Positions 44,536 to 53,444 of a stretch of 62,158 nt of DNA are shown here, piece after piece. Below the pieces are notes generated by a model that was not told where the DNA came from, ran no database searches, and saw only the letters and a list, made by a program, of their open reading frames with translations. Source of the stretch: Betaproteobacteria bacterium (GTDB taxonomy: Bacteria > Pseudomonadota > Gammaproteobacteria > Burkholderiales > SG8-39). Made by a program: the position numbers and the translations under genes. The stretch spans positions 1 through 62,158 of the forward strand of contig VBCH01000208.1 in the NCBI GenBank assembly GCA_005884455.1. The letters are read 5' to 3'. How positions within the stretch are numbered: position 1 is the first letter of the stretch; each line of letters opens with the position of its first letter.

Positions 44536-47500
44536 TCAGCGCTCGCGGTAGGAGAAGCGCGAGATCCCCTTGGGCTTGTTGCCGATGTTGACGCTGCCGG
44601 TTCCCAGGCCGCCGGAAGAATCCGTGTTGACCGTGCGGATCGACCCGTCGGTCGTCTGGATCGGCGTGAAGCCTACCAGGAACGCGCCCTGCCTCACCCC
44701 GGCGGTATTGCTCGCGGCTCCGGGAACGTAGCTTCCGGTCGTGAAATCCAGGTTGTAGACGAAGGAGTCTCCCCCGGGCGTGCACCCCCCCACGATGGGA
44801 ACATTGCTCGCGAAGACCAGAGTTCCGAGCTCAAGGCGCGGGTCGAGCACGATGCGCTCGCCGGGACTGTCATTTCCCGGATTGAGGTCGATGACGAAGC
44901 CGTCCTGGGTGCTCCAGTTGACGGCATTGTTCGTGATCGTTCTGGTCGATCCGGCGGTGAGCGTCTGCGTCACCAGGTTCGCGCTGCGGATGTTCGTTCC
45001 GTAGTCGGCGTTCTTGTCCTTGAATCCGTAAATGGACTGCTGCGAGGTGTCCGACGGATCGGTGGAGGCGAGGTAGCGCCCGGTCCCGACGTAGTAGATG
45101 CGGTTGGTGCCGAGATTGGTCACCACCGGCCGCACGGTGATCGGTTGCGGGTTGCCTGCGCCGTCCTTCAGCGTGGCCATGTGCATCAGCGCCGGCGGCG
45201 AAGTCGACATGTCGATCCGCCAGACGTTGCCTTGCAGATCGCCGCCGTATACGAAGTCCATCTTGGCATCGACCAGCCCGGCCTTGAAGAACCCGCCTTG
45301 CCTCATCAGGCCCGACGGCGTGATCGTGGTGCCCGCACCGGTGCTCACCTTGTCCAGCACCTGCCCGGTGATCGCATCGAGCACGTAGAAGAAACCCACG
45401 CCGGTCCCCGGGCTGACGTTGTTCAGACCGGAGGTCAGGACCACGACCCATTTCCCGTCGAGCGCGCGCTTGCCCATCACCGCGTTGCCGTAGCTGAAGC
45501 CCAGGTCGCTGTCGCTGTGGCTGACCGCGCCGACCGCCGGGCACAGCGTCGAATCGGAGCAGAACTCCCACAGGCCCTTGGGGTTCTTCGGATCGGTGAT
45601 GTCGAGCGCATAGAAGCCGCGGGCGCCGCCGTTGGCGCCGCCGACGATGATCGTCTTCCAGATGCCGGCCGTGACGTCGAACACGTCGCCGATCTCCGGG
45701 CTACCGTCGAGCATGAAACGGTGCGCGTTCGCGTAACCCGTATCCGCTATCTGGTAGATGCCGGGCATGACGAACTTCGGCATGTAGGCCCAGTTCTCCG
45801 TTCCTGCCGAGGACAGCGTGTTCCCGTTGGCGTCCGTGCTGTTGTCGAAGGAGTGAAGGTATCCGTCGTTTGCCGCGACGTAGAGCGCCCCGGGGCGGTT
45901 GTTGTTCGCGCTCACGAAGCTGCTGTAGCCGATGTCGGTGTAGCTGAACTCCGGAAGGCGGATGTACGCCGGGGTCGCATCGACGATGTCGCCGAGCACG
46001 GTTTGCAGCGTCACACCGGTCACCGGATCGGTCTCTACCCGGTCGCGGAAGAGCACCGCCTCGTTGCCGGTCTGCCCGCGCAGGAACCCGACGAGCGCGG
46101 TGCCGGCGTTGACCACGGCCTTCTGGGGCAGGCTCAGCAGCGCGCACTGGGTCATGGAGGCGCACTTGTTCATGAAGAAGGCCTGCTCGGCGGGCGTCAT
46201 GCCCAGGAACTGGAACGCCTTGAGCTTGTTCGGCGCGGTGGTGTCGAGCATCCAGATGTTGCGCGCATCGCCGTTCGCGCTCACCTGGGTGAGGAGCTGG
46301 GTGTCGGCTTCCCACAGGATGATCGGTCTGCCCTGGGCGTCCTTCAGCACCGCGCCGGTGGTTGCGTCGAGTCGGTTCGCCTTGACGATCCCGGACCAGG
46401 TGTTGGTCTGATAGGTGGTGCTGAACGCGAAATTGTCCTTCGGCGTGATGTTCGGGCTCGAAGTGGCCGCAGCCGCCGCTGAAGCCGTCCGCCCTGCAAT
46501 GTTGCTCAAGGCGTTCTGGAGCGACGTCGCGAGCGTTCGGGGATTCGTCGCCTGGAAGAAGCTTCCTCGCCCGTTGACGGCGGCGTGCCACAGGTCGTCG
46601 AGCGCGGTCTGCTGGTCCTGCTGAGGCGCCGGCCAGTTGCACACGCCGGCGGCCCAGAGGCACACGTTGGCCACCCCGTTCTTGATGTTCGCGAAATCTC
46701 CGGTTGCGGCCGTTTCATAGTCGGGCTGGAATCTCATCACTCCTTCGGCCAGGCCCAGGGTAAAAGTGACCATGTGCTGGTGTTGCGCAAAGTCCTTGTT
46801 CCCCGCCTTGCTCGGGATGTTGTTCACGGACACGTCGCCGTTCGGCGGCGTGGTATTGGGACTGGTCGAAGGACCGGTCGGCTTGTTGTTCCGGTCGACT
46901 CCTCCGCGCAGGTCGGTCATGTAGTAGTACAAGGCCACGTCGGCGAGCGTTCCGGAGCCGCCGGGACTGGTCCCGGCTACCGTGCCCGGCAGTATGTTTC
47001 CGTCGTAGGTGCCGGTGGGCCGGCTCGACACCGGATCCGTGTAGGCGGGAGTGACCCCGGCGGGCGTGTAGAGGTTATTGTCGATATTGTCCCAGTTTCC
47101 CATCGCGGCGCCGGCGATGTCCTGCCCCGCGCCCTGGTTCCAGAACCCGTCGGTCGTGAGCAGCGTGTAATTCTTCTGGCAGGACGACTGCACCGGGTCG
47201 TCGGCACCTGGAATGCCGTTCGTCAACCCGGTATTGAGCTTGCCCGCGAAGATCCATCCGGCGCGCGAAAGCGCCTCGCGCAGGGGCGTGGCGTTCCCGG
47301 GAACCTGCTGGTAGAACTTGGTGTAGAAGTTGTTCGCCTGCGTCGTGTTGAAATTGGTGATCTTCAGGTACTGGTTCGTGTCTATGCTGCCGCTGTCCTC
47401 GGCGTGGAGCGTGATGAAGCCCACGCGCAGGCTGTCGGGCTTGGGCGGGGTGCCCGTCGGATTGGAGATGAACCCGCGGAACGAGATTCCCGCCGAGGTC

Positions 47501-49050
47501 TTCATCATCTGCATGCGCGTGCGGTAGTAGGCGTACCACTTCGCGTAGTTCTGGATTTCCTCGGTGTAGGTGCAGGTCGGCGGGGCTGCGCAATCGACCC
47601 GGAAGGGCCGCCCGCTGTACGAGGCGACCGTGGACGCAATGGTGTCGCGGAGGAACCAACCGTAGCGGGGAAACTGGTAGGTCTGCAGCCCCGGCACGTT
47701 CAGGTACTTCAGCTGGCACCGGTTGGTCTGCGGCGTGGTCGCGATGAAGGTGACTGCGCCGTGGGCGAGGGCTTCTTCCTGGGTCCGGCAGAAGCGCACG
47801 AACGCCGGGAACGGATGATCGGAGGGCGGCGCGGCCGGCGGCATGACCTCGATGCAGTCGCTGAGGTTGGGGTCGGCGCACCATTCGGCCGGGTAGATGC
47901 GGTAGGCGAGTGCCGGGCCGTTGACGTTGCTCGTGACGTTATAAAGCCCGCTGCGCACCCAGAACCCTGCCGTGGCAGGGATCGTGCCCGAGGCGCCGGG
48001 GTAAGTGAACGTCGTTGTGGAAACGCCGCTCACAACCACGTTGCTCACACTCATCGCGTTGTTGGTGGGAATGAAGGTCGTGATGACGTCGCCGTTGACT
48101 AGCCCGTGGGCGGCAGCGGTGCTGACGTTGATGTTGCCGCTGGACCCGGGCCGCTGGAAGCTTCCGCTCGCGCACTTGCGGTAGGAAGCGCTGGTCGCGG
48201 CTATCGTGCCCGAGCTCCCCGAGGTATAGGTGAAGGTATTGGCATTGGCGGTCGACGTCACCGCGACGCAGGTGACGGCCAGGCCCCCGGTGCCGCTGGT
48301 GACGAAAACCTTGTCGGAGGTGGTCAGGCCGTGCGCTTCGACGGTGGTCGCGGTCACGGTGCTCCCAGCTCGACGGAAGCTTCCGATCGGCATCATCTCG
48401 GGCAGGCCGAAGATCACCGTGCTCGAATTGGATGCATTGGTGCGGTAGGGGGACATGCCTGCCCCCAGAGCGCGGCCGGCGTCGTCGACGAGCCCTGCCG
48501 GCAACACGGTGCCGGTGTCGTCCGCGCCGTTGCGCTTGCACAAGTTGTTGGAATTGCAATACCGCCTGTCCCGAACGGCGGTTGTGAGGTCGCTGTTGCT
48601 GCTGAATTGAACGCCCCAGGCGTCGTTCGGGGTGTTGGTAACGGTGAGCGTTCCGCTCGGCGGATTGACGTGCGGCTGCCCGTTCGCATCGATCCCGGCC
48701 AGATAGCTGAAGTTCGGATCGTAGGCAACTCCGTTCGAGCCGAACTGGCCGCCCGCGGTATAAGGCGGGTCGCCCGCCACGCACAGGTTGCTGCCGGCGC
48801 TGTTGGTCATGCAGGGATTGTTCGGCATGCCGGACGTGGCGGGATTCACGTAGTCGGGGATGAAATCCCAGTTCATGCTCCCCGAGTTGTCGAGCGTGAA
48901 GAGAAGGTTCGGCAGAATGTTGTTGCCGCCCGCGGAGGCGAGCGGCAGCTGGGAAATGGTGACTTGGGCAAACGCCGGCTGCACCGCCAGATTGGCGGCG
49001 AGCCCGCAGGCGAGGAGGCGCTTGATCAGGACGATGTGGTTGCGTTTCAT
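44536..49050 (-). CDS. pilY1: PilY1-family type IV pilus tip-associated protein (1504 aa)
   Basis: Signal peptide. N-terminal ISQLPL...LLFTLDNSGSMNWDF (vWA/MIDAS-like DxSxS). C-terminal propeller with the hallmark YGGDLQGNVWRIDMS. Start taken at ATG 49050 (MKRNHIV); the listed ORF extends further upstream. Confidence 0.9.
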   Translation of the reverse strand: MKRNHIVLIKRLLACGLAANLAVQPAFAQVTISQLPLASAGGNNILPNLLFTLDNSGSMNWDFIPDYVNPATSGMPNNPCMTNSAGSNLCVAGDPPYTAGGQFGSNGVAYDPNFSYLAGIDANGQPHVNPPSGTLTVTNTPNDAWGVQFSSNSDLTTAVRDRRYCNSNNLCKRNGADDTGTVLPAGLVDDAGRALGAGMSPYRTNASNSSTVIFGLPEMMPIGSFRRAGSTVTATTVEAHGLTTSDKVFVTSGTGGLAVTCVAVTSTANANTFTYTSGSSGTIAATSASYRKCASGSFQRPGSSGNINVSTAAAHGLVNGDVITTFIPTNNAMSVSNVVVSGVSTTTFTYPGASGTIPATAGFWVRSGLYNVTSNVNGPALAYRIYPAEWCADPNLSDCIEVMPPAAPPSDHPFPAFVRFCRTQEEALAHGAVTFIATTPQTNRCQLKYLNVPGLQTYQFPRYGWFLRDTIASTVASYSGRPFRVDCAAPPTCTYTEEIQNYAKWYAYYRTRMQMMKTSAGISFRGFISNPTGTPPKPDSLRVGFITLHAEDSGSIDTNQYLKITNFNTTQANNFYTKFYQQVPGNATPLREALSRAGWIFAGKLNTGLTNGIPGADDPVQSSCQKNYTLLTTDGFWNQGAGQDIAGAAMGNWDNIDNNLYTPAGVTPAYTDPVSSRPTGTYDGNILPGTVAGTSPGGSGTLADVALYYYMTDLRGGVDRNNKPTGPSTSPNTTPPNGDVSVNNIPSKAGNKDFAQHQHMVTFTLGLAEGVMRFQPDYETAATGDFANIKNGVANVCLWAAGVCNWPAPQQDQQTALDDLWHAAVNGRGSFFQATNPRTLATSLQNALSNIAGRTASAAAAATSSPNITPKDNFAFSTTYQTNTWSGIVKANRLDATTGAVLKDAQGRPIILWEADTQLLTQVSANGDARNIWMLDTTAPNKLKAFQFLGMTPAEQAFFMNKCASMTQCALLSLPQKAVVNAGTALVGFLRGQTGNEAVLFRDRVETDPVTGVTLQTVLGDIVDATPAYIRLPEFSYTDIGYSSFVSANNNRPGALYVAANDGYLHSFDNSTDANGNTLSSAGTENWAYMPKFVMPGIYQIADTGYANAHRFMLDGSPEIGDVFDVTAGIWKTIIVGGANGGARGFYALDITDPKNPKGLWEFCSDSTLCPAVGAVSHSDSDLGFSYGNAVMGKRALDGKWVVVLTSGLNNVSPGTGVGFFYVLDAITGQVLDKVSTGAGTTITPSGLMRQGGFFKAGLVDAKMDFVYGGDLQGNVWRIDMSTSPPALMHMATLKDGAGNPQPITVRPVVTNLGTNRIYYVGTGRYLASTDPSDTSQQSIYGFKDKNADYGTNIRSANLVTQTLTAGSTRTITNNAVNWSTQDGFVIDLNPGNDSPGERIVLDPRLELGTLVFASNVPIVGGCTPGGDSFVYNLDFTTGSYVPGAASNTAGVRQGAFLVGFTPIQTTDGSIRTVNTDSSGGLGTGSVNIGNKPKGISRFSYRER

Positions 49051-49079
49051 GGTTTTGCTCCCTCTTGGGCGAGTGCGCT

Positions 49080-49730
49080 CTAGTTGAACGCCCTCACCAA
49101 GGATTGAACGATCGAGATCGAATTGCGCGGTCCCACGGCCTTCGCCGTGATGCGGTAATGGATGGACGGCGCCGAGCTGTGGGCGTCTGTCGGCCGGGTC
49201 TGGTCGGAGCCTTCCCCGGCCAGGGCCGACGTGAGGATGGTCGACGCGCAGAGGTTGGGGGGGTTGCCACCGCAGGTCGCGCTGGTGTCGCAATTGGGTA
49301 CGGGGCACAGGCGGTGGATCAGGAAGAACACCACGTTGCCGCCGGCGTCGGGGTTGCCGTTGTTCAACTGCCCCGCCTCGTTCCAGTTGAGCGGATCGTA
49401 CCAGTCGGGGTCATTCGCGGGGACGCTGGAAAAGTAACCAATCGAGGCCGTCCCGGGCTGGTGGTTGTCGTTGATGAGGGTCGGGCCGAGATTCGCGGTG
49501 AGCCAGCTGACGCCGGCCTGGAGTCCCTGGTCGGCTGCATTGACCGAAGCCTGCCGCAGCCCGATGTTGCCGGCCGTGATGGTCGCGGTATCCACCGAGC
49601 GCATCGTCGCGATGCCGGCGAGGGTCATTGCGACCAGCACGATGAGCGCGATGATCAGGATCGTGCCGCGCTGACGGGTCTGCAGCCGCGGAGCGCGCGC
49701 GCTCCGGAAGAACGAACGGGGAGTCTTCAT
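49080..49730 (-). CDS. pilX: PilX-like minor pilin / pilus assembly protein
   Basis: 216 aa. QRGTILIIALIVLVAMTLAGIATM N-terminal PilX-type segment. Positioned between pilW and pilY1. Confidence 0.8.
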   Translation of the reverse strand: MKTPRSFFRSARAPRLQTRQRGTILIIALIVLVAMTLAGIATMRSVDTATITAGNIGLRQASVNAADQGLQAGVSWLTANLGPTLINDNHQPGTASIGYFSSVPANDPDWYDPLNWNEAGQLNNGNPDAGGNVVFFLIHRLCPVPNCDTSATCGGNPPNLCASTILTSALAGEGSDQTRPTDAHSSAPSIHYRITAKAVGPRNSISIVQSLVRAFN

Positions 49731-49731
49731 G

Positions 49732-50997
49732 TCAGCTCGCCTTCCATATCCAGTTGCGCAGGGGAATCGTCGTCTCGAACACGCGATACCGGTAGCATTT
49801 CCAGTCATCCGGCGCCGCCACGACCGAACTTACATCGAGTCGCGTTTTGTAATTGAGCCCAGCCCCCGCCCACGGGGTGCCCGTCCACTGAGGCTCCGAG
49901 AGGGTCGCATCGCACGGATCGCTAAGCTTTCCGGAGGAAGGCTTCTCGGGCAGCGCGCTGCGCGAGACCACGGCGATGCGCACGGCGATGAGGTTGGCCC
50001 AGGGAACGGGGGCCAACGCATTGAAGGTGGCGGCATCCACGTAGCGGTCGACGATGCCGTCGCCCTTTACCGGGGCACCGACGTTGTACGTCACCGTCAC
50101 GCCGTCGTTGACTCCGTCGTCCAGCCCGTAGAGAGCGCGCATGTGCACGATGTTGTCCGCGATCGAGGTAACGGTCGGCTGGCCGTTGTTGTCGATCACG
50201 AATTGGGACGTCACCGTCAAGCTGCCGTTCGCGAGGGCGTAGAAGTTGTAGACAGGCAAATAGACGGGCGCGGTTCCGCCGGGGGGCGTGGTGTAGAGGT
50301 TGCCCAGGTTGAATACGCGCGACACGTTGAGCGTGCCGACTCCGGCGTAGAAAACGCCTAGCCCGCCGGGCGCGTTGAATCTGGGAGTGCGTGCGGTCCC
50401 TGCGCTCAGGTACGTAGTGTTGTCGTGTTTGAGCTGATTCGAAGTCAGGCCTAGGCGGTTGAACTCCATGATCGAGCAGTTCTTCCCCGAGTTGGGTTCG
50501 ACCAGGACGAGCAGGTCGCCGAACTTGTACCCGAACGGGTTGGTGACGAACAGGTCGTCGGTGGGGGTCGCCATGTTCGCGGAAAGGGGGACGCTGGCTG
50601 CGGCCTGGGGTTGCGAGCCGTAGAGCACGCTTATCTGGTCCGGTGCCGTGGTTGCAACCCCGGAGGTGATGAACACCGGAGTGAGCTGCATGGTGACTCC
50701 GGCCGCCGGGAAATTCGGAGTCGCGCGCTTGTTGTCGTATCCGACGATATTGCAGCCGGCGAAGGCGGTGTCGTTGAATCCCATTCCCGCGTTCTTGAAA
50801 TCGCGCTCCATGCTATAGAGCGCGATCACGCCGTTTTGCTGCGCGTCACCGCCGCTCGTCGTGGAGCGCTTGATGCCCTCGGACACCTCGAACACCTGAA
50901 AGATGATGATCATGCCGATGAGCCCGATCAGCATGGCCACCAGCAGCTCTACCATGCTGAAGCCGCGCTCGGAAACACGATGTCGGGAGGCGCGCAT
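49732..50997 (-). CDS. pilW: PilW-like type IV minor pilin
   Basis: Prepilin motif ERG/FSMVELLVAMLIGLIG. 421 aa. Confidence 0.85.
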   Translation of the reverse strand: MRASRHRVSERGFSMVELLVAMLIGLIGMIIIFQVFEVSEGIKRSTTSGGDAQQNGVIALYSMERDFKNAGMGFNDTAFAGCNIVGYDNKRATPNFPAAGVTMQLTPVFITSGVATTAPDQISVLYGSQPQAAASVPLSANMATPTDDLFVTNPFGYKFGDLLVLVEPNSGKNCSIMEFNRLGLTSNQLKHDNTTYLSAGTARTPRFNAPGGLGVFYAGVGTLNVSRVFNLGNLYTTPPGGTAPVYLPVYNFYALANGSLTVTSQFVIDNNGQPTVTSIADNIVHMRALYGLDDGVNDGVTVTYNVGAPVKGDGIVDRYVDAATFNALAPVPWANLIAVRIAVVSRSALPEKPSSGKLSDPCDATLSEPQWTGTPWAGAGLNYKTRLDVSSVVAAPDDWKCYRYRVFETTIPLRNWIWKAS

Positions 50998-51000
50998 GGC

Positions 51001-51483
51001 TCAGGTCGAGCTCGGATAGACGTAGGCGATCACCGTGTGGCTGTGCGCAGGAAGGTTCTGCGTCGCCTCTTCGGGCAGGCGCCATTTGACTGTGATCTGC
51101 ACGGTTGCCCCGGTCGGCGCCGCCGGCGCAGCCGGGACGGGATTGGTCAGCGTCACGATCGGAAGCTGGTTTGCCCCGTCGGGAAGCCGGGTTTGCACCT
51201 TGTTGACCCAGGCCTGGATTTTGGCGGGAGGCGCTCCCGCTCCGGGGAAAGCGTAAGTGCTGATATTCCCGTTGTCGGTCCACATTTGCGCGAGCAGCTC
51301 CTGCGCGAGGAAAGCCGCCTCGCTGCGATACTTGGCGCTGGTCACGTCCTTGATCGCGACGGCCTGCATTCCCACCACGGCGAGGATTCCGATCGAGAAA
51401 ATGAGGATCGCGACCAGGGCCTCGATCAGCATCACGCCGCGCTCGTTGCCCGGCGCCGGAAATCGCGTGCCTGCGCGCATCAT
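51001..51483 (-). CDS. pilV: PilV-like type IV minor pilin
   Basis: ERG/VMLIEALVAILIFSIGILAVVGMQ is typical of PilV. SD AAAGGA. Start at the ATG pair 51478-51483. Confidence 0.85.
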   Translation of the reverse strand: MMRAGTRFPAPGNERGVMLIEALVAILIFSIGILAVVGMQAVAIKDVTSAKYRSEAAFLAQELLAQMWTDNGNISTYAFPGAGAPPAKIQAWVNKVQTRLPDGANQLPIVTLTNPVPAAPAAPTGATVQITVKWRLPEEATQNLPAHSHTVIAYVYPSST

Positions 51484-51494
51484 CGTCTGTCCTT

Positions 51495-52163
51495 TCACGG
51501 GAACGCCGGGCAGCCGCGCGGCTCGGGGGGCGCCAGGGCGGGATCGCACATGCGGATGCTTCCCCCGGGATTGACGATGAGGCGCAGAGCCCGCATCGCG
51601 CTGGGAGAGACATTGGGATTGGTCACGTCGACCTTGACGATGCTCGGCGTGGCGTCGGCGTTCGCGATGACGTTACCCAGCGCCGCGAAAGTCACGGTGC
51701 TCGCGGCCTGCGCCGCGGGCGCGGCGGGCGGGGACGGCACGAACACCGACGTCGCCACGGCGTTGGGGGAACCCTCGGCGCTGGTGCGTTTCTGGAGAAT
51801 TCGCACGGCTGGCGGGGGAGTCTCCTCGTGGTACGTAGGTCTGTCGCACGCGCCGCTGGGATCGTCGAGGCTCACGATCCAGGTGACCGAGACCGGCGCA
51901 GTGACGGAGGCACTCGCCAAGACGCAAGTCGAGGTCAAGTCGGAAACGAGCTGGAAGCGCACCGGGGTGTTGCGGCGCACCGCCTCCGCGCGCGCCACCT
52001 GCAGGCCGTTGAGCGTTGCCTCGGCGGCGGCGCGGATCTGCTGGTTCTGCAGCCATTCGATGAAGCCCGGAGCGCCCAGCGCGAGCAGCACGCCGAGGAC
52101 CACCAGCGAGATCATGACCTCGATGATGGTGAAGCCGCGCTGCGAGCTATGCGCGCTCAGCAT
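51495..52163 (-). CDS. fimT: GspH/FimT/FimU-family pseudopilin
   Basis: QRG/FTIIEVMISLVVLGVLLALGAPGF...ARAEAVRRN is typical of the GspH domain. I cannot separate fimT from fimU by eye. Confidence 0.8.
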   Translation of the reverse strand: MLSAHSSQRGFTIIEVMISLVVLGVLLALGAPGFIEWLQNQQIRAAAEATLNGLQVARAEAVRRNTPVRFQLVSDLTSTCVLASASVTAPVSVTWIVSLDDPSGACDRPTYHEETPPPAVRILQKRTSAEGSPNAVATSVFVPSPPAAPAAQAASTVTFAALGNVIANADATPSIVKVDVTNPNVSPSAMRALRLIVNPGGSIRMCDPALAPPEPRGCPAFP

Positions 52164-52621
52164 TGGCCGCCCTTTCTGATGGTCCAGCAGTTCAAATTGT
52201 TGGTGTATCCGGCTTGATCCATCGGCGAGCCCGGAGCCACCGCCGTGGCACGACCGTTGCCTTCGTTGATCGTGTAAGTGATGCCCACCAAGGTGGCGTC
52301 GGTGCCGTCGGCCTGGATCGTGTACTGGGTGGCCGTGAGCACCGGGCAAGTGATGGTGAAGTACTTAAGGGCGGGGATCGGGACGCTGGAGCCCGCGATG
52401 CACGGAGCGAGCACGGGGGCGCCGGGGGTGGTGTACGAGCGGTTGTCCTGGAAGTACTGCTCCATCTTCGTCCTCATGGCGAGCAGATTGGAGGTCGCTT
52501 CCTGGAGCTTGCCGCGCCTCACATAGTCGGAATAGTTCGGGATGGCGATCGCCGCCAGGATCGCAATGATCGCGACCGTGACCATCAATTCAATCAGGGT
52601 GAAACCGTTTGGGCGCTGCAT
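52157..52621 (-). CDS. pilE: PilE-like type IV pilin (first gene of the cluster)
   Basis: NG/FTLIELMVTVAIIAILAAIAIPNYSDYVRRGKLQEA...MEQYFQD, with a C-terminal Cys pair (CWTIRKGGQC). SD AAGGGGG. The stop overlaps the fimT-like start. Confidence 0.8.
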   Translation of the reverse strand: MQRPNGFTLIELMVTVAIIAILAAIAIPNYSDYVRRGKLQEATSNLLAMRTKMEQYFQDNRSYTTPGAPVLAPCIAGSSVPIPALKYFTITCPVLTATQYTIQADGTDATLVGITYTINEGNGRATAVAPGSPMDQAGYTNNLNCWTIRKGGQC

Positions 52622-52813
52622 GGGGACCCCCTTCTTTTGCGGCTCAATGATAGGGAACTCGGGGAGTCCGCCGCAAACCTTCCCGACGAGTGGCCGAAAT
52701 CGGCGTACGTACGGCACCAGCGCGGGAATTCTAGCGGAATTAGTTCACGTTTCCGGAGCGCGGTTCCCGGGGCCGGGAGCCCGAATTAGACAAGGTCCAA
52801 ATGCTCGTTTAGA

Positions 52814-53245
52814 ATGGTTTTCGTGAGAAAAGCGCAGAAGCGGAATCGCGAAAATATCGCTCAGCTGCTGCGTCGGCATGGCATCACGCCGACGCACCAG
52901 CGCATGGAGATCGCCCACGTTCTGTTCACGCGGCGCGAGCACCTCTCGGCCGATCAGATCCTGAAATGGGTCAACTCCCGCTACGCCGAAACATCGAAGG
53001 CGACCGTCTACAACACGCTGAAGCTGTTCCTGGAAAGGAAGTTGATCCGGGAGCTGGTCGTGGATCCGGCCAAAATCGTCTACGACCCGAACACCGAACC
53101 GCATCATCACCTCTATGATGTCGTGACGGGACGGCTCACCGACGTCCCCGCCGACAATATCCGCGTCGTCGGCCTGCCGGCTTTGCCGCCGGGCACGGTC
53201 GCCGACGGGGTGGACATCATCATCCGCACGCGCCCGCAATCCTGA
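52814..53245 (+). CDS. Fur-family transcriptional regulator, Irr-like
   Basis: 143 aa. TPTHQRMEI and SKATVYNTL HTH region. NTEPHHHLY triple-His motif. No CxxC pairs. The C-terminal half parallels rhizobial Irr as I recall it. Confidence 0.8.
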   Translation: MVFVRKAQKRNRENIAQLLRRHGITPTHQRMEIAHVLFTRREHLSADQILKWVNSRYAETSKATVYNTLKLFLERKLIRELVVDPAKIVYDPNTEPHHHLYDVVTGRLTDVPADNIRVVGLPALPPGTVADGVDIIIRTRPQS

Positions 53246-53304
53246 GAAAGGACAGCAGGGGCCGCTGATATAATGCGGGCTCACCCTTCGTGCGCGGGAC
53301 GCAG

Positions 53305-53380
<76 letters not shown>

Positions 53381-53444
53381 TCGGAGGGCTACGAACAGAC
53401 CCGCGCCGATTCTTCCTCCGGCAGCGCACGAGACGGAGAGAGGC

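Noticed and set aside
44496-44542. 9-bp inverted repeat GCGCTGAGC/GCTCAGCGC spanning the ispH and pilY1 stop codons, as a bidirectional terminator
   Set aside because: The loop is long (~29 nt) and only a short T5 run lies inside the loop. It may be a weak terminator, but the evidence is too thin to call.
45145-49083. Three long plus-strand ORFs (445, 505, 325 aa) opposite pilY1
   Set aside because: They are antisense to a gene with clear PilY1 hallmarks. Their Arg/Gly/Val-rich compositions carry no domain signatures.
52808-52814. TTTAGAA, a perfect left half of the rhizobial Irr ICE box, at the start codon of the Irr-like gene
   Set aside because: The right half (TTTTCGT) does not match TTCTAAA, and a single 7-mer in an A/T-richer promoter region is likely chance.
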